Shown here: in pieces, positions 26,575 through 39,064 of the stretch
Numbering within the stretch: position 1 is the first letter of the stretch
Layout: each line of letters opens with the position of its first letter
Source of the DNA: Octopus bimaculoides
Taxonomy: Eukaryota
Direction of reading: 5' to 3'
DNA: 64,000 bases
Assembly: GCF_001194135.2 (NCBI RefSeq)
Contig: NC_068988.1
Span: 72,205,256-72,269,255, forward strand
The notes under the pieces: model-generated
Told to the model about the DNA's origin: nothing
What the model saw: only the letters and a program-made list of their open reading frames with translations
Databases searched by the model: none
Program-made: the position numbers and the translations under genes

Positions 26575-27240
26575 ATGATAGATGTCGGAGCTTACGAATA
26601 TCCAAAAAAAATTTAATTCACCCCCCTCACCCACTCTTTCACACACACCCCAATTTAATTATTTTGATTTTGTTTACTTCTAAATGTAGACAAAAACATT
26701 AAAGTGAAAAGAATTTGCGTTTTACTCGTGTTCGCCTTAAATAATCGTAAATAGTAATTGAATGTAAATTGAATATACACCATTTTATGAGAAACAAACA
26801 TTAACGTTTAATAATTAATGTTATAAAGTTTAATAAGGGGCTCAAATTTCACCTCCTTCCCCAATTTCAAATTTTGAACATTTTCATCTATTTATATATT
26901 TGTCTGTCTGTCTGTCTATTTATCCCTATCCGTTTATTCATAGAAACATATTTGTCAACTAAATGTGGTAGTCCTAGAGAAGACGGTGTCACTGTTGTTT
27001 TAGACCTAGGAAGACATTCATTTCTATCTCTCTTTATACACACAACTATATGCTTATTGAATTAAAAATTTTGAAAACGTGGTTTCTTACATATTTGGAA
27101 TCTCCGTCATCTAAAACAGGAAAAAAAATTCGAAAAAAGTTTCAAATTTTAAATCAGGGTGGGGTGGGAGATGTGGTAGGAGGGTGAAATAAAAAACCAA
27201 TTTTTCTTTTGCATATTCGTAATCTTAGACATCTAAAACG
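26575..27240. mobile_element. Possible MITE/HINE-like non-autonomous element with degenerate inverted ends
   Basis: 26579-26627 is an imperfect reverse complement of 27181-27235; internal (GTCT)n at about 26902-26917. Confidence 0.4.
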
Positions 27241-27289
27241 TAGGAATCCGAAAAAATATTTTCAAAAGAATACATTTTTCAAGAAGAGG

Positions 27290-27455
27290 TGCGAAACTGC
27301 ATTAAGTCTCTGTCTACCAAATTCACTCAAAAGGTTTTGGTCAGTGAGATGTTATAGTAGAAGACACTTGCCCGAGGTTACCATGCAGTAGGAATGAATC
27401 TGGAATCATGCAGCTACAGCGCGAGCTTGTTACCACACAGCCATACCTGCGTCTG
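27290..27455 (-). mobile_element. CORE-type SINE (family B), 5' part
   Basis: CTACCAAATTCACTC...TATAGTAGAAGACACTTGCCCGAGGT...ACCACACAGCCATACCTGCG is the reverse complement of the head. Confidence 0.8.
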
Positions 27456-29038
27456 TATATTTAATAAATAGATAAGCATCGTACAGAAGCACCATCTTAT
27501 CTGGGAATGTTATGGTCGATAGCTTGACATCCTATTCATTGGGATATTTATCTTCTATTGACTCGTGCAATAAATCTGTAGCTCAGTACTGGCTCACTAC
27601 GCGACTTTTATAAGGTAGTCTGAATGGTCATTTAAAGTTGACATGTTTACTGATTTGAACATATCAATACAAATATAATATAGGCTACTTATTTACGAAA
27701 TATATATTTTTTCTTTACATTTTTTTGTACACGCTTGTAATGTCCGAAATACCAGAAATTTTAATGTAAAATTTCTGCAGAAAAATATTCTACAAATAAT
27801 GTTCTGCAGAAAGCCGAATTATAATCTAAATATAGCAACTTTATTTCTTAAACTTCATCTACGTGGAAATTTCTTACTCAGACTATTTACAACGGCTCCA
27901 TGATAAGAACTAGAACTTGATTCCTGTCAGATAATTATATGATAAATTCTGGTGTTTTTGTCGATTTAACTCAGATTTTCATGACAGATGCGAAACATAT
28001 AAAGTAAACACTGACGATTATGGAGCTCTTATACAAAATTGGATTTTCGTTTGTTTGTTGGTTTTATTCATTTATATATTTTAGTATATTTCAAATGTAG
28101 CTTTCATGACAGTCATATTACCTTAGAAAATATACACTCCATTGCTTTTCCAGATAGGCAAAAATATAAATATGTTGTTGTTGTTGTTGTTGTTGTTGTT
28201 GCTACGGCTGCTACGGCTGCTACGGCTGCTGCTGCTGTCGTCGTTGTTGTTGTTGTTTCATAGTATCATTTATGCAGTTGTTTAAGTGACTTACATGAAG
28301 TGAAATTGTTATAATTATGAATAGAAATCAAATATTCAGCTCACCGAAAATTTTAATAAAAGAATGTCATTGATAGCAATGCAAAGTTGAATAAATAAGT
28401 ATTTTTTCTGAAATGATAGCGATTAAATCAAGTTAAATAGGAACAGCCTGCAGTACTTTCTGAAGCCTGTTCATGATTTTTTTCCTATGTGGATTGTAGA
28501 TAAAGATACATAAAAGATACATTGACACCCACTCTTCCAGTAGTAACTCTGGAGTAAAACTATCTTTTGTAGAAAGGTCATTTAATCTAGCATTTCTGTG
28601 TTGTATCAATCCATTGGCTGTTATATATTTTAGTTTATTTTTACAAGACACAAAGATTATGCATTTCAATTGAGACAGAACGTGTGAAATGGTGACGTTC
28701 ATATCTCTTCAATGAAGTTAGCTGTGCGAAGGAAGAAAATCAAGACGAGAAACTGGTTTCAAAACCCAGATCACTTAGTTTTTATCTTTTACACACAAAT
28801 ACTCCGTGCAGATTTAAATCATAGTAACGTTTTCGATGCTACTATATAGTACTTAATGCGATGAACTATTGATATTAATCTTGATTAGGCACAAAGTAAT
28901 TAATTCCTCTCTGCGTATGAAACTGAATCTCATAATCTATTGGTCGGTTTGAGCACTACTTGAATATTTTACTTTAACATGATAAATCTACTTCAGATCT
29001 ACTTAATGGGGGTTATTTCTTTCTTTCATTCTCTCTCT

Positions 29039-29116
<78 letters not shown>

Positions 29117-30415
29117 TTTGCACACACACACACACACACAAACAGATATACATGTACCAGGATTTGACGCATATTTATGTTAGGTAGACTAAACCCAGCA
29201 AGAACAAAGGGTTCTGACCGTGGTGTTATCGCATGGACTATAATTTTTACAATTAGCTTACTAACATTTCATCAACTTGATCAGATGTGACTTCTAAATA
29301 TACCACTGATACTTGTTTTATCGATCCTCCAGTGAAATTTGAATGATGGTTTGTGTTGTACGGTACTGGTCCAGTTCACTGGTTTATAGTCTCTGTGATT
29401 TTTTTAATATATCTTTGATATCAATCAATATCTCTATAGCAAATAACAATCTTCCTACAAACTGAAACTGTGTCGAAGCAATGTTGCATCATTTACACCA
29501 TCAATGCCCTTCCCACTTTCTAAAAATGTTTTATCAATTTCATAAAGCTGAAGATTAGCAAATATGCTAAATAAAACATGTAGTTTCGTCCGTTTATATT
29601 CCGAAATAGACAAAACTACATAATGGTCGTTTTACTCTTTATCACTTCAAGGCGGACCCAATAAGTATAGCCATTCCTTTCGAAACCATAATTTTATGTC
29701 TGCTAAAAAATAATGTATAAATCTAATTTAAGAGAAATTAATAATTTGATGCTTGAATATTCCAGATGTGGTCAATAGAATTCACATCTAAACTGTAACT
29801 ATGGTAATGTTTCAGCTCGGTACTGAAAAGTGACGAAACATTCAAGGACAAGAATCATTGACGGAGGTGATTGATATCGATTACTGACTATTTATACTCC
29901 GGTCGCAAAAAAGATTTATTTTTAAATGTTGATAGTAACAGGTCGAATTACAGATAAAGGAGGGCCTGTCAATAACATCTGTTATAGACTGAAAGAAATG
30001 TAACAAAAATTGAGCCTAAAGACAGGTGACAAAAAATAAAGTCCAATGACCAAGTTTTCGGTAATGTGACAGTGATAATACTTACTGATATGCGGTAGCG
30101 CAAGAATTAAGCTTATGGAGTCGATTCTGTTATACGTTATTTATTCCCATTTAAAGTCATTCCACTTTGTCGTACACTGATGCATAGTCTTTGTACTTCA
30201 AATGATTTATTGAAATAGTTCAGTACATTACTGGTATTTCTTTCATCAACTTCTGAGAGAAGGAAAATATCATAAACCCAGAACCTAATGATAAACTGAA
30301 ATATTTTTAAAGCATTTAATCTGGAGTTCTACGGGGTTTTTTTTTTCCTGTTCTTTTTTTTTTTTTTCCTTTTAACCAGGATTTCTTAAAACAAATTACA
30401 GAGAAAACAAATGAG

Positions 30416-30569
30416 ATGCTATTAATAGCAGATCTACCCAATCTCTTTTCCGGCTCTTCTAAGAAACTTATTCTTTTATTATTATTTCTAGCAGCTACAT
30501 CCGTCTTTGCGTGGGAGAACAATTCTTTTCATAAAAGGATCTTCTTACAGCAATCAATTATTTTCTATG
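30416..30569 (+). CDS. Candidate coding exon (exon 30380-30569) encoding a signal-peptide-like N-terminus of an unknown secreted or membrane protein
   Basis: Very long pyrimidine tract ending ttttaaccAG at 30379; frame open across the whole exon; MLLIADLPNLFSGSSKKLILLLLFLAATSVFA/WENNSFHKRIFLQQSIIFY; phase-1 donor TATG|GTCAGT at 30570. No homolog recognised and no partner exon found. Confidence 0.4.
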
Positions 30570-30949
30570 GTCAGTAAACACAACTATTTAATCTTGTATA
30601 AGATTTATAACGTACAAGTGGAACGGCTGGATTGATAATACATAGGATATTTAAGCTTATGGCTTATGAGTTCAACTCCTTTGCATCTCTCCCTTTGTGT
30701 TTTGGGGTGAAACAATACCCGTCGAGAAAAGTTTGCGATTTTCTGAGGATGGAGTTATTGTCAATATAGTCACTCTAATAATACAAGCATCTGTCTTCAA
30801 TCGTTTAGCTTAACTTCCACTGACCCGAAATGTGGCGTACTAGGTCGAGGTATGCTAAAATGAGCTATTGTTTAAGCCACAGACTAGCCCTAAGCTAAAC
30901 CATATAATAAAGGTTACTCCAGATGTAACAGTCTGTATATTTACAAATT

Positions 30950-31300
30950 GTCACGGTTTGAGGAAGACCTGATTGCTATTTCTAGGAGGTCAATCAACCA
31001 TTTATAGACTCCTTCGTGGGCTAAGATTAGTTTTATCTCATGTAAAGATAGAAAATATTTGATGGGAAGATCATGTTGAGAAGAAATATGCATACTATAG
31101 ATGAGGTATATTTCCACTGGTTGTAAACAGTATTCCAATACTAAACTCATTTGATTTTTAATTCACCGGATTTGGTAAAATGTCTATTGCAGTTTCTATT
31201 TGAAATTACGCCTGACTTTCTACTGGAAGGTGAATTGCAATCAGAAACTAAACGAAATGCTTGTTGCATTTTGAACATCAAAATTGTGTTGACCGTAATT
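30950..31300 (+). mobile_element. Possible very old mariner-like remnant
   Basis: QSTIYRLL (HTH-like) and NSPDLVKC (YSPDLAP-like) in different frames. Confidence 0.25.
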
Positions 31301-32883
31301 TATCTTAAACATTGGTATTATTAAACATATTTAATACCTGTTGATTATGTATAAAGTAACAGTGGCATCATCAATCATTATCAGCTGGCACAGGCTGCAT
31401 ACGCTTATAAATGTTCATCAACTAAGCACTATTAGATTCCTATTTTGCGTTCATGTAATGATTTGTTGAAATTCTCTAAGAAATCTATCATATTTATATA
31501 ATACCATAAATGCATGACCTCTCATGAGTTCACTCATGCTATATCTCGTCAATTTCCATTCAATTATCGTTCCCTCAAATCCGAAACATTTTCCTCATTT
31601 CCGACGTTTTACTAATAGTTACTTCCATGTTTTATCAGGCATGTAGATTTGGTTAAAAGCGACATGATAAATATTTACAAGGTAGCATGCCTGTAAGTGT
31701 TTTGTAAATGTATTGAAGTATACATATTTGAATCATTCCCATAATGCTATTAGCAAATCAACGAGACGGAACTAAGAGTTTATTTCCATGAACATTCTTC
31801 GCGGGATTTTTATCACGAAAATAAGGTAAAGAAAATATTTAGTACTAATAACGATTGTAACGGAAATTAGATATGAATTTTGATTCAACGCATTATTACT
31901 ATAGGAGAAAATATATAAAAATGATGGATTAGTATTTATTCGAATATCTCTTCGTATTCTAATTCTTACAGGTCTAAATTTGGTTGTTAACGTTTATATC
32001 AATGAGGTATGGAGTATTGGATACATTTGAGCGAGCTCTATAACCCATCTGGTCGGGGGATCACCTGACAAATATATCATCTTTGTATTTTAAGTTAGTA
32101 TTAGTATATCAAATATTGTGAACATAAAATAATGTAAAAGTGTAATTAGAAATACTCATGCAATGAGAAACAGACAAGGAAAAGATAACGATTAGTTCAC
32201 TAATCCTTTCATTATCATTTCGATATGTTAGGCGAAGTCTGTTTTGCTGAGGCGATCTATCAAGACTGAATTTTGTCCAGAATTTTCGCCCGTACAAGCC
32301 GATATCATTAAAATATTATTAATTACAAAGGTCATGTTGTTTCTCCGTATAAGTAATTAGAGTTATATATTTGATGTTCACTACATTAAATATATTAACA
32401 CTAACTTAAATTTCGTTTTTCATGTAGTTGGCGTCCCTAAGTAACTAAACTCGTTTTCACTTTTATATACCCTGCCATACTCTAATGCTCACTCTTGGAA
32501 GGATTTCAACTTAGTCGTGCAAGCTAATAAAACTCTTGCCGCACCCACATTATAGTAATAAATATATACCTATATATGGTAAGGTAGCAAGTTATACTGG
32601 TGTAATTACAAAACCAAATACTTTGACCGTGGAGACAGTGCAGAGTTACTGAAAGGCCATGGGATTGTGAGACCTTTTAACCGACATCCGAAAGAGCTTA
32701 AATTTTTTTCTTTTAAATCTCAGTGATCAGAGTTTGCAACATTGCAGCGAGTTACACGAAACGGTAGAGAACCGTACTAATTACATTACAGCAATTAGTT
32801 TCGTCCTCTAGCCATCAGAGATCAAATTTCACACACGTAGACTTTTCTTATATTTTACTACTTATCAATAAAATATCTACTAT

Positions 32884-33100
32884 TAAGGCGGCGAGCTGGC
32901 AGAATCGTTAGCATGACAGGTAAAATTCTTAGCGGCATTTCGTCCGTCTTCACGTTCTGAGGTCAAATTCTGTGGTGGTTGACTTTGCCTTTCATCCTTT
33001 CGAGGTCGACAAAATGAGTACCCGATGAACACTGGGATCGATGTAATCAACCTTTCATCTGACCCGAAATTGGTGGCCTTGTGAAAAAATTTGAAACCAT
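32884..33100 (+). mobile_element. tRNA-derived SINE family A, full length
   Basis: TAAGGCGGCGAGCTGGCAGAATCGTTAGC...GAGGTCAAATTC...GACTTTGCCTTTCATCCTTTCGAGGTCGAC...GGCCTTGTG...TTTGAAACC. Confidence 0.9.
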
Positions 33101-33569
33101 TAAAATATGTACTAGTAATAACCTAAAGATGTTCAACCAATTACATTCCCCCTACTATATTTGGCCCAGTCTAAATCAAAAGAACTCAATATCTTAAAAT
33201 CTGAAGAGTATGCTACAGAACCACGTTGAATATTTTACGCAATCTAATTCAGTAGTTCATATTTTTTCAGTTCAAACACACTGGAATCGCCTTTGTATTT
33301 CATATTTAAAGAGTAAAAAGGTTCATATAAATAAATGAATAAATAGATAAATAGATAAGCAGCAATATTACAAATAGAGTATGGAATTGGTCGTGCCGAA
33401 AAAATAATACCATCAAAAGTCAGTAAAACTCCTTCTTAAATAAGTATAAAATCTAAACAAATACACGAAACAGTAATTTACCTCACGCTGTTTTTGGTAA
33501 TAAGATACAATATAAACATGGTTGTAAAATTGGTGGGTTGTAAAATAACTGCTTTTTAATAGCATAATA

Positions 33570-33790
33570 TTGTCTGCGGCAACGAGCGGGCGGAATCGTT
33601 TTCACGCCGGGTCAAATGCTAAGCGGTATTTCGTCCCTCTTCACGTTCTGAGATCAAATACCACCGAGGTCGACTTTGCTTTTCATCCTTTCAAGATTGA
33701 TAAAATAAATATCAGTTGTCCTGGGATTGATGTAATCGATTTGCCCCTTTCCCCGAAAATGCAGGTCTGATGCTAAAAATATGAAACCGA
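33570..33790 (+). mobile_element. tRNA-derived SINE family A, full length
   Basis: GCGGCAACGAGCGGGCGGAATCG...GTCGACTTTGCTTTTCATCCTTTC...GATGTAATCGAT...ATATGAAACC. Confidence 0.85.
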
Positions 33791-35279
33791 TATTATAATA
33801 CTGGATATAAAGCAGTAGAATTCTGCAAGAAAAGCAATAAAACTATAAGGAATTATGGTGTTTCATTGCATTAAATGTTCTAAAAATTGTACCGGCTAAC
33901 ATTGTTGATAAAAGTGAAAGTGCTTCCGCGCCCGCTTCCGGTCATTCTTGCTAACTAGCGATTTCACGGTTTCCTGTTATGACCAGCAGCAATTGAAATA
34001 ACCATAAGGGTCATTAAGTGGCAAGTAACACTCTCAGCACCAGCATGTTTAATCATTTCTAATGCTAAATAAATCATCTGGTGAACAGAAAGATTATCAC
34101 AGTCTTTCGAATGACTGTACTGTTGCAACCAATCAATGGCTATACAATTGCAGTGAGATTATTGAATGGGGGTTCGATCGTCTGCCTCTTATTCTCAGTG
34201 TTGAGTCTGTAATGGAAATATATATAGTCAGTACAAGGTGTTGATGTAGCTGCGTATATGTTATTACAATAGTTCATAAAGAGATAAAGAATAAATTCAA
34301 GATCTATATATTTACTACATAAAAATATATTTTATTTACTGGTCGATGATGATACAAAAAATCAAAATGTAGAATCTAGTTGAATGAAGTAATCTATGCA
34401 AGAAAGTTCAGAGATAGAAAATGTAGAAATAACAGCTAAGTGGTGGTTTTCAGTCATGCGGCGTAGAGAAATAGACGGACATAGCAATGACGTGAATAGT
34501 TTTAAGTCTAATCGACTAAGAAGCGAAGAGCTGGGTTAGCATGCTGTTTTTATTAATGGAATGCTAGACATCCTAGAAACTTCCAACAGAAACGCTAAGC
34601 TTCTTGAATAATTAAGAATCACGTCTCGTGACACAGATGCTTCGAGAAACTTAGTAAAGGGAGATCGTTCAGCTATTTAGCTATCGCTACAAGTCCACCA
34701 TCAACACTCTGGACTATTACTGATTAATCTATTTTATATATCTACAAATGGATACAAGAGAAGGCACAGTTTATCACTGTGGATAGGGGAAGTAAAGACA
34801 GTGTTGTTGTTTAGTTAAAGGAGAAAGGATGCTGTCTATGACCTTTGGGGGAGGGTCATCAAAAGAGTAAAGAGGAAAGAAAGAATTATTCTCAGACCAG
34901 AGATGTCTGAATGCTTATAATAGAGTGGTCTTTGCTAAATGTATCTAAAGACGAGATGATGGTCTTAGACCAGGCAAAGGATGAAGCCTAACACCCAAAA
35001 ACAGAGACTGTCTTTCCGACGTGCTTCCACGAAGTGTCTACTGAATTTCATTTACAAGACTTGGACTAACCAAACATATAGTAGAAAACAATTACCAGGG
35101 GGATAAAACCCAAAGCCCTTTAATTGCGAAGCAAACTTCTTAACCACACGGGAATGTCTATGCCCATGCTATATTCTCACTACAAAATGTGAGGGGTATT
35201 TGAGAACATATTTGGTAATTTAATAACTAACTATAATGTAGCAAAAACAAAATGTATTTAAAAGATATGTGCATATGTT

Positions 35280-36330
35280 CTCGATAAGCTTTCTTATACG
35301 GTTATTCGATGATTCCACCTTCCACTTAGATGACTATTTTAATATGGAGACAGAGTCTTTGACACAGCCGCACTAAAAGGTTTTTATTCACTTTAGACAA
35401 TGGCGGCCTTCAGCGAGCTATGGTATTGTGAGGATATAGATTAGTTCAACAATGCACCAAACCTAGTAGTCCATGCGATTTATATGTGGTGAGTTTAACG
35501 GCTATAAGTTTGATATTACATGGTCTTAAAGATTGTCTAATATATTTTGGGGTTACCAGGGTTTCGTGAGGAGGTTCTGAATCTTGTTGAAACACTACAT
35601 AACCCTTCCACTGCAAACTTTATCTGTCCAAGGCTTCACAACTGTCTCCAGCACTTCAAAGTATCCAGTAGCATAAACTCTCTGACCTAGTGGAAAGATA
35701 GGAGGTAAAATGGCATGACCTTCATTACTCATCACTCCTAAAACAATCACAGTCACTGAAAACTGTGTATCACTATGTGGACAATAGTAGAATCCGCACA
35801 TAACCATCTGTTATTTCTGCTAGTGTTTTAATATTGATGGAATATTTTCTCATCAAGAAGCGAAGCGTGCCATGTTCGTGATGGGTTTTAACAACGTTAA
35901 GTAACCGCTTGACACGGATAAAATTGTTTCCTTGTGACCTTTTGTAGACATGAATTGGATTCTCTTCGGTACATACGACTTGCATCGAATGTCCTCATAC
36001 ACAACAGATCACTCCGACACCTAAAGTTTTATGGCGACTCCTCTCATTGATTTCCAGGATCATCAACTATAATGTTTTGAACCTGTTGGAGGAATTGCAG
36101 TGTCTTTATAGTGTTTGAGTGTTTAGATGCAATTGAAACCTTTCCTCCAGAGGCATACTATTCTATCTGATCTTTGCTTACAAAAGACCTTGCAACATTT
36201 AGAAAGTTGGCAAATTCTAAATTGTTGTGTTCCGCATATATGGCAACAATGACTGCATGTCTTTTCTTGTGTTTGCATTTATCTCCCACGAAAGAAAAAA
36301 AGAACCCTTTTAATTGGTTTGAAGATAGTA
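35280..36330 (-). pseudogene. Decayed Tc1/mariner-superfamily transposase, maT/DD37D-like
   Basis: In order on the minus strand: KRHAVIVAIYAEHNNLEFANFLNVARSFVSK; FIRVKRLLN; VIVLGVMSNEGHAILPPIFPLGQRVYATGYFEVLETVVKPW; VFQQDS; PLNSPHINRMDY*VWCIVE (similar to PPNSPDLNPLDYYVW). DD37D assignment is inferred from motif similarity. Confidence 0.85.
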
Positions 36331-36899
36331 ATATGCCGATAATTAAGTATCCTCAAGTATCCTTCGCACCCTATTTATATTCACTGAAATTCAGAATTCT
36401 AGTCCCTAACTCACCGTTGTCTGTAATGTTGTTCTGAAAACTCTTGTGACGTCAAAACATCAACATGTGACATATAAAAACGCTTGTCCTACTTTTATAT
36501 TCTACAGTAACAGTGTGGATATAGATGAGAGGAAGAAAGAAGAAAGCGGAAGAATCTGCTGATTCAGAACAGCTGGTTCATTTGCATAATATTACCTAAG
36601 TTTTGAAAATATCCTGAAGAAGACACTCTAGCTCCACTTAAAAATTGTAAGGGGACACCAACGTCCTAATCTTGAATCTCGACACAAATTCTCCTCAAAG
36701 GATATGTCGACAACTAATCGACCAACTAAACAGAGAATCGCACTGCCAAGCTTTTGGCACCAACCCCGACTGAGACTACCTCTGATTCTAAAATATAAAA
36801 CTTATAAAACTTTGCTTTAAATTCATAATTGAGAAATGCGTCCTAAGGTTCGGTGACGTCATACATGGCCTATTGGTGTATATACCCCCATATTATCCT

Positions 36900-38020
36900 T
36901 AAGAAGTTCTTCCCCCGAGACAACTTGTACAGTGTATTGTCTTTCTATGTCCGAGTGTATACGAACATGTTAAATATAGCTGTACAGAACTATATTTCAG
37001 TCAACGCTACTTCGTAGGCCTCTAATTCATACATTACTATGCTCTTTTAAGTTTTTTAGCATCTCATGCCAAATTTTCTCTAGCGGTCTTGCCACAAGTG
37101 AGCGCTTTTAATCGCCTTTATGATTTCAGCTTCTGTGAAGCTAGCCTTCGCCTCTAGATTCATCTGATATCAATAAGATTTTATCTTGACTGCGTTTAGA
37201 AGATCAGCAAAGTATTCTCTTCACCTCCCAAGAATGCACTCATCTGTAGTGAGAAGAGACAGAGTGGAGTTCTTATGGCAGGTGTGAAAGTTAGCAGGTG
37301 GTCTGCCAAAATATTTTTTCGGTTAATCTAAAGTCAGAATCCAGCTTAATCCCAAAGTCATCTCATGACTTAAATTTGGTCGTTTACACTCTTTCTCCAG
37401 TAACTTTTTGCTCGTCAATGTACCACCTGATCAAAAGGGGAGACTTGTTTCAAAACCAAGCTTTCTAAGCCTCCTCCTTTGCTCGGATGACATCCTTAAC
37501 TTCCTGGTTAAACCATGGTTTCTTTAGCTGCCTAGAACTACATCGAGCCGTTTTTCTCCACACCATTGTACAGCCGAAGAAACTGCCGAACAAACAGTCT
37601 TCACTCCGTTTTAACATCTTCAGTCTCTTCTTGGAAGGTCTTTAAATTTCGATGATCGTATATTTGTTTATTATCCCATTATCTGCCACAGATTTTCACT
37701 TTATCCTGCAATCGCGTTGAACTTGCCAGTTTTGTCGGTTCTCCCGGCAGTTGATAATTTCAAGTTGCAGACAACTTGGTGATGATCAGATGTAGCACTG
37801 CCCCTCTCTTTACACGAACGTCTAGCACAGAATCAAAGAAGTCAAGGAAGATAATAAAATTTCACTCACCTCTGTACCAAAGTATCCTTATATCAGGGGC
37901 ACTCATAGCTATCCCTGCGATGTAGAATGTGTTCGTAATGCAGAGCCCATTTTCAACATAGAAGTCTAATAAAATTTAGGGTGTCTCTCCAGGATGAGCC
38001 GATATTTTTCTGCATTAAGA
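36900..38020 (-). mobile_element. RTE-clade LINE: endonuclease-to-RT-start segment, decayed
   Basis: LLDFYVENGLCITNTFY, DFFDSVLDVRVKRGA (APE domain), GEENTLLIF (GEYFADLL-like), FTEAEIIKAIKS...HEMLK (pre-RT). Confidence 0.8.
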
Positions 38021-38024
38021 GGTC

Positions 38025-38295
38025 ACAGCTATAGGCATGTGATTAGAATGTTGTGGAAAAGAATCGTATGACAGATTCTTCAAGCCCAGCTATCCGGCAG
38101 AAGACCCAGAAGTATACCAAGAACGAGATGGTTGGGTAATATCCATAGTCTTAGCTGGTCATGCTTGAAAATCCAGCTGCAAAGTCTATCAGCTGCTTCC
38201 GGCAGACCCCTATAGAGGTGATGCCCCCACAACCCTCCTAGGAATAGTGGTCGGAGAAAATGGATGGATGGATGGATGGATGGATGGATGGATGA
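38025..38295 (+). mobile_element. RTE-clade LINE 3' end with (GGAT)n tail
   Basis: HVIRM...GRRPRSIPRTRWLGNI (similar to GHVTRM...GKRPRGRPRTRW), then GAAAATGGATGGATGG tail. Confidence 0.8.
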
Positions 38296-38997
38296 ATAAG
38301 TATTTTGTAAACGCATTGATATTTCCACGCGTAAATGTTGCTTCTGTGTCTAGGAGCTTCTAGGCCCATATGTAACTATCCAACCTTCAAATTCACTTAG
38401 CTATTAGAAACAGCAGCCAAATCTCCTTCAAGTTATGCCGTCTTGTTTTTAAAATGGATAGTCTGAACAGTGTTGTGAGGGGTGAACTGAGCTCAAAAAG
38501 AGTTGCAAAGTCCACAATTAGACTACTTTTAAAGATAGTGTGCACCAGCGGGGATGACATGAGATTAAATAGCAACAAGATAGGTCTATGAGAATGTGTG
38601 GGTGTATGTTTATGTGTGTGTATAAAATATGTGTATGGACAAATGTAGAACAAAGAATTAATGAAAGCGGATCAGTCTGAAGGACCTACTCCAGACTAGA
38701 AGTACACAATGGCGGACGTGACTCACAGCACTAAACCTCCTACAAAAAAAAGAATACCAAAAAGAAAGTTCTTTGTCATCATTTACATGATTCTGCAAAG
38801 CAAACTGAACGTTTTTATTTATTTATTTATTTATTTATTTATTTGTCATTAGGCTAACAAAAAGCAAAAGTAAGCAAATGATAATTATAGATATCATCCA
38901 GTCTAACAATAATTTTATACAAAGCCCTGGAAAAGATGGTTGATTCGTCGAATGGGGTTTTGGCTAGTAGCGTTAATAACATAAGTGAAATGTGACG

Positions 38998-39064
38998 TAA
39001 GGAAGAAGAAGAAGAAGAAGAAGAAGAAGAAGAAGAAGAAGAAGAAGAAGAAGAAGAAGAAGAA
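38998..39064. repeat. (GAA)n microsatellite followed by a SINE A fragment (39065-39170, minus)
   Basis: About 20 GAA units, then CAGGCCTGAAATT...CGACCCCAGTG...GGTACTTA. Confidence 0.9.

Noticed and set aside
28433-28702. 89-aa minus-strand ORF
   Set aside because: No recognisable motif or splice support; the length is within chance for this composition.
30316-30522. Minus-strand ORF with a Lys-rich NLS-like tail
   Set aside because: The Lys run is the reverse complement of the poly-T acceptor tract; the plus-strand exon explains the region better.
31639-31692. 54-nt plus-strand exon candidate ending CCT|GTAAGT
   Set aside because: Its only open frame (phase 2) is incompatible with the phase-1 donor at 30569, and nothing else supports it.
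35395-35410. YY1-like ACAATGGCGGCC motif
   Set aside because: It lies inside the antisense strand of the maT/Tc1 transposase remnant.
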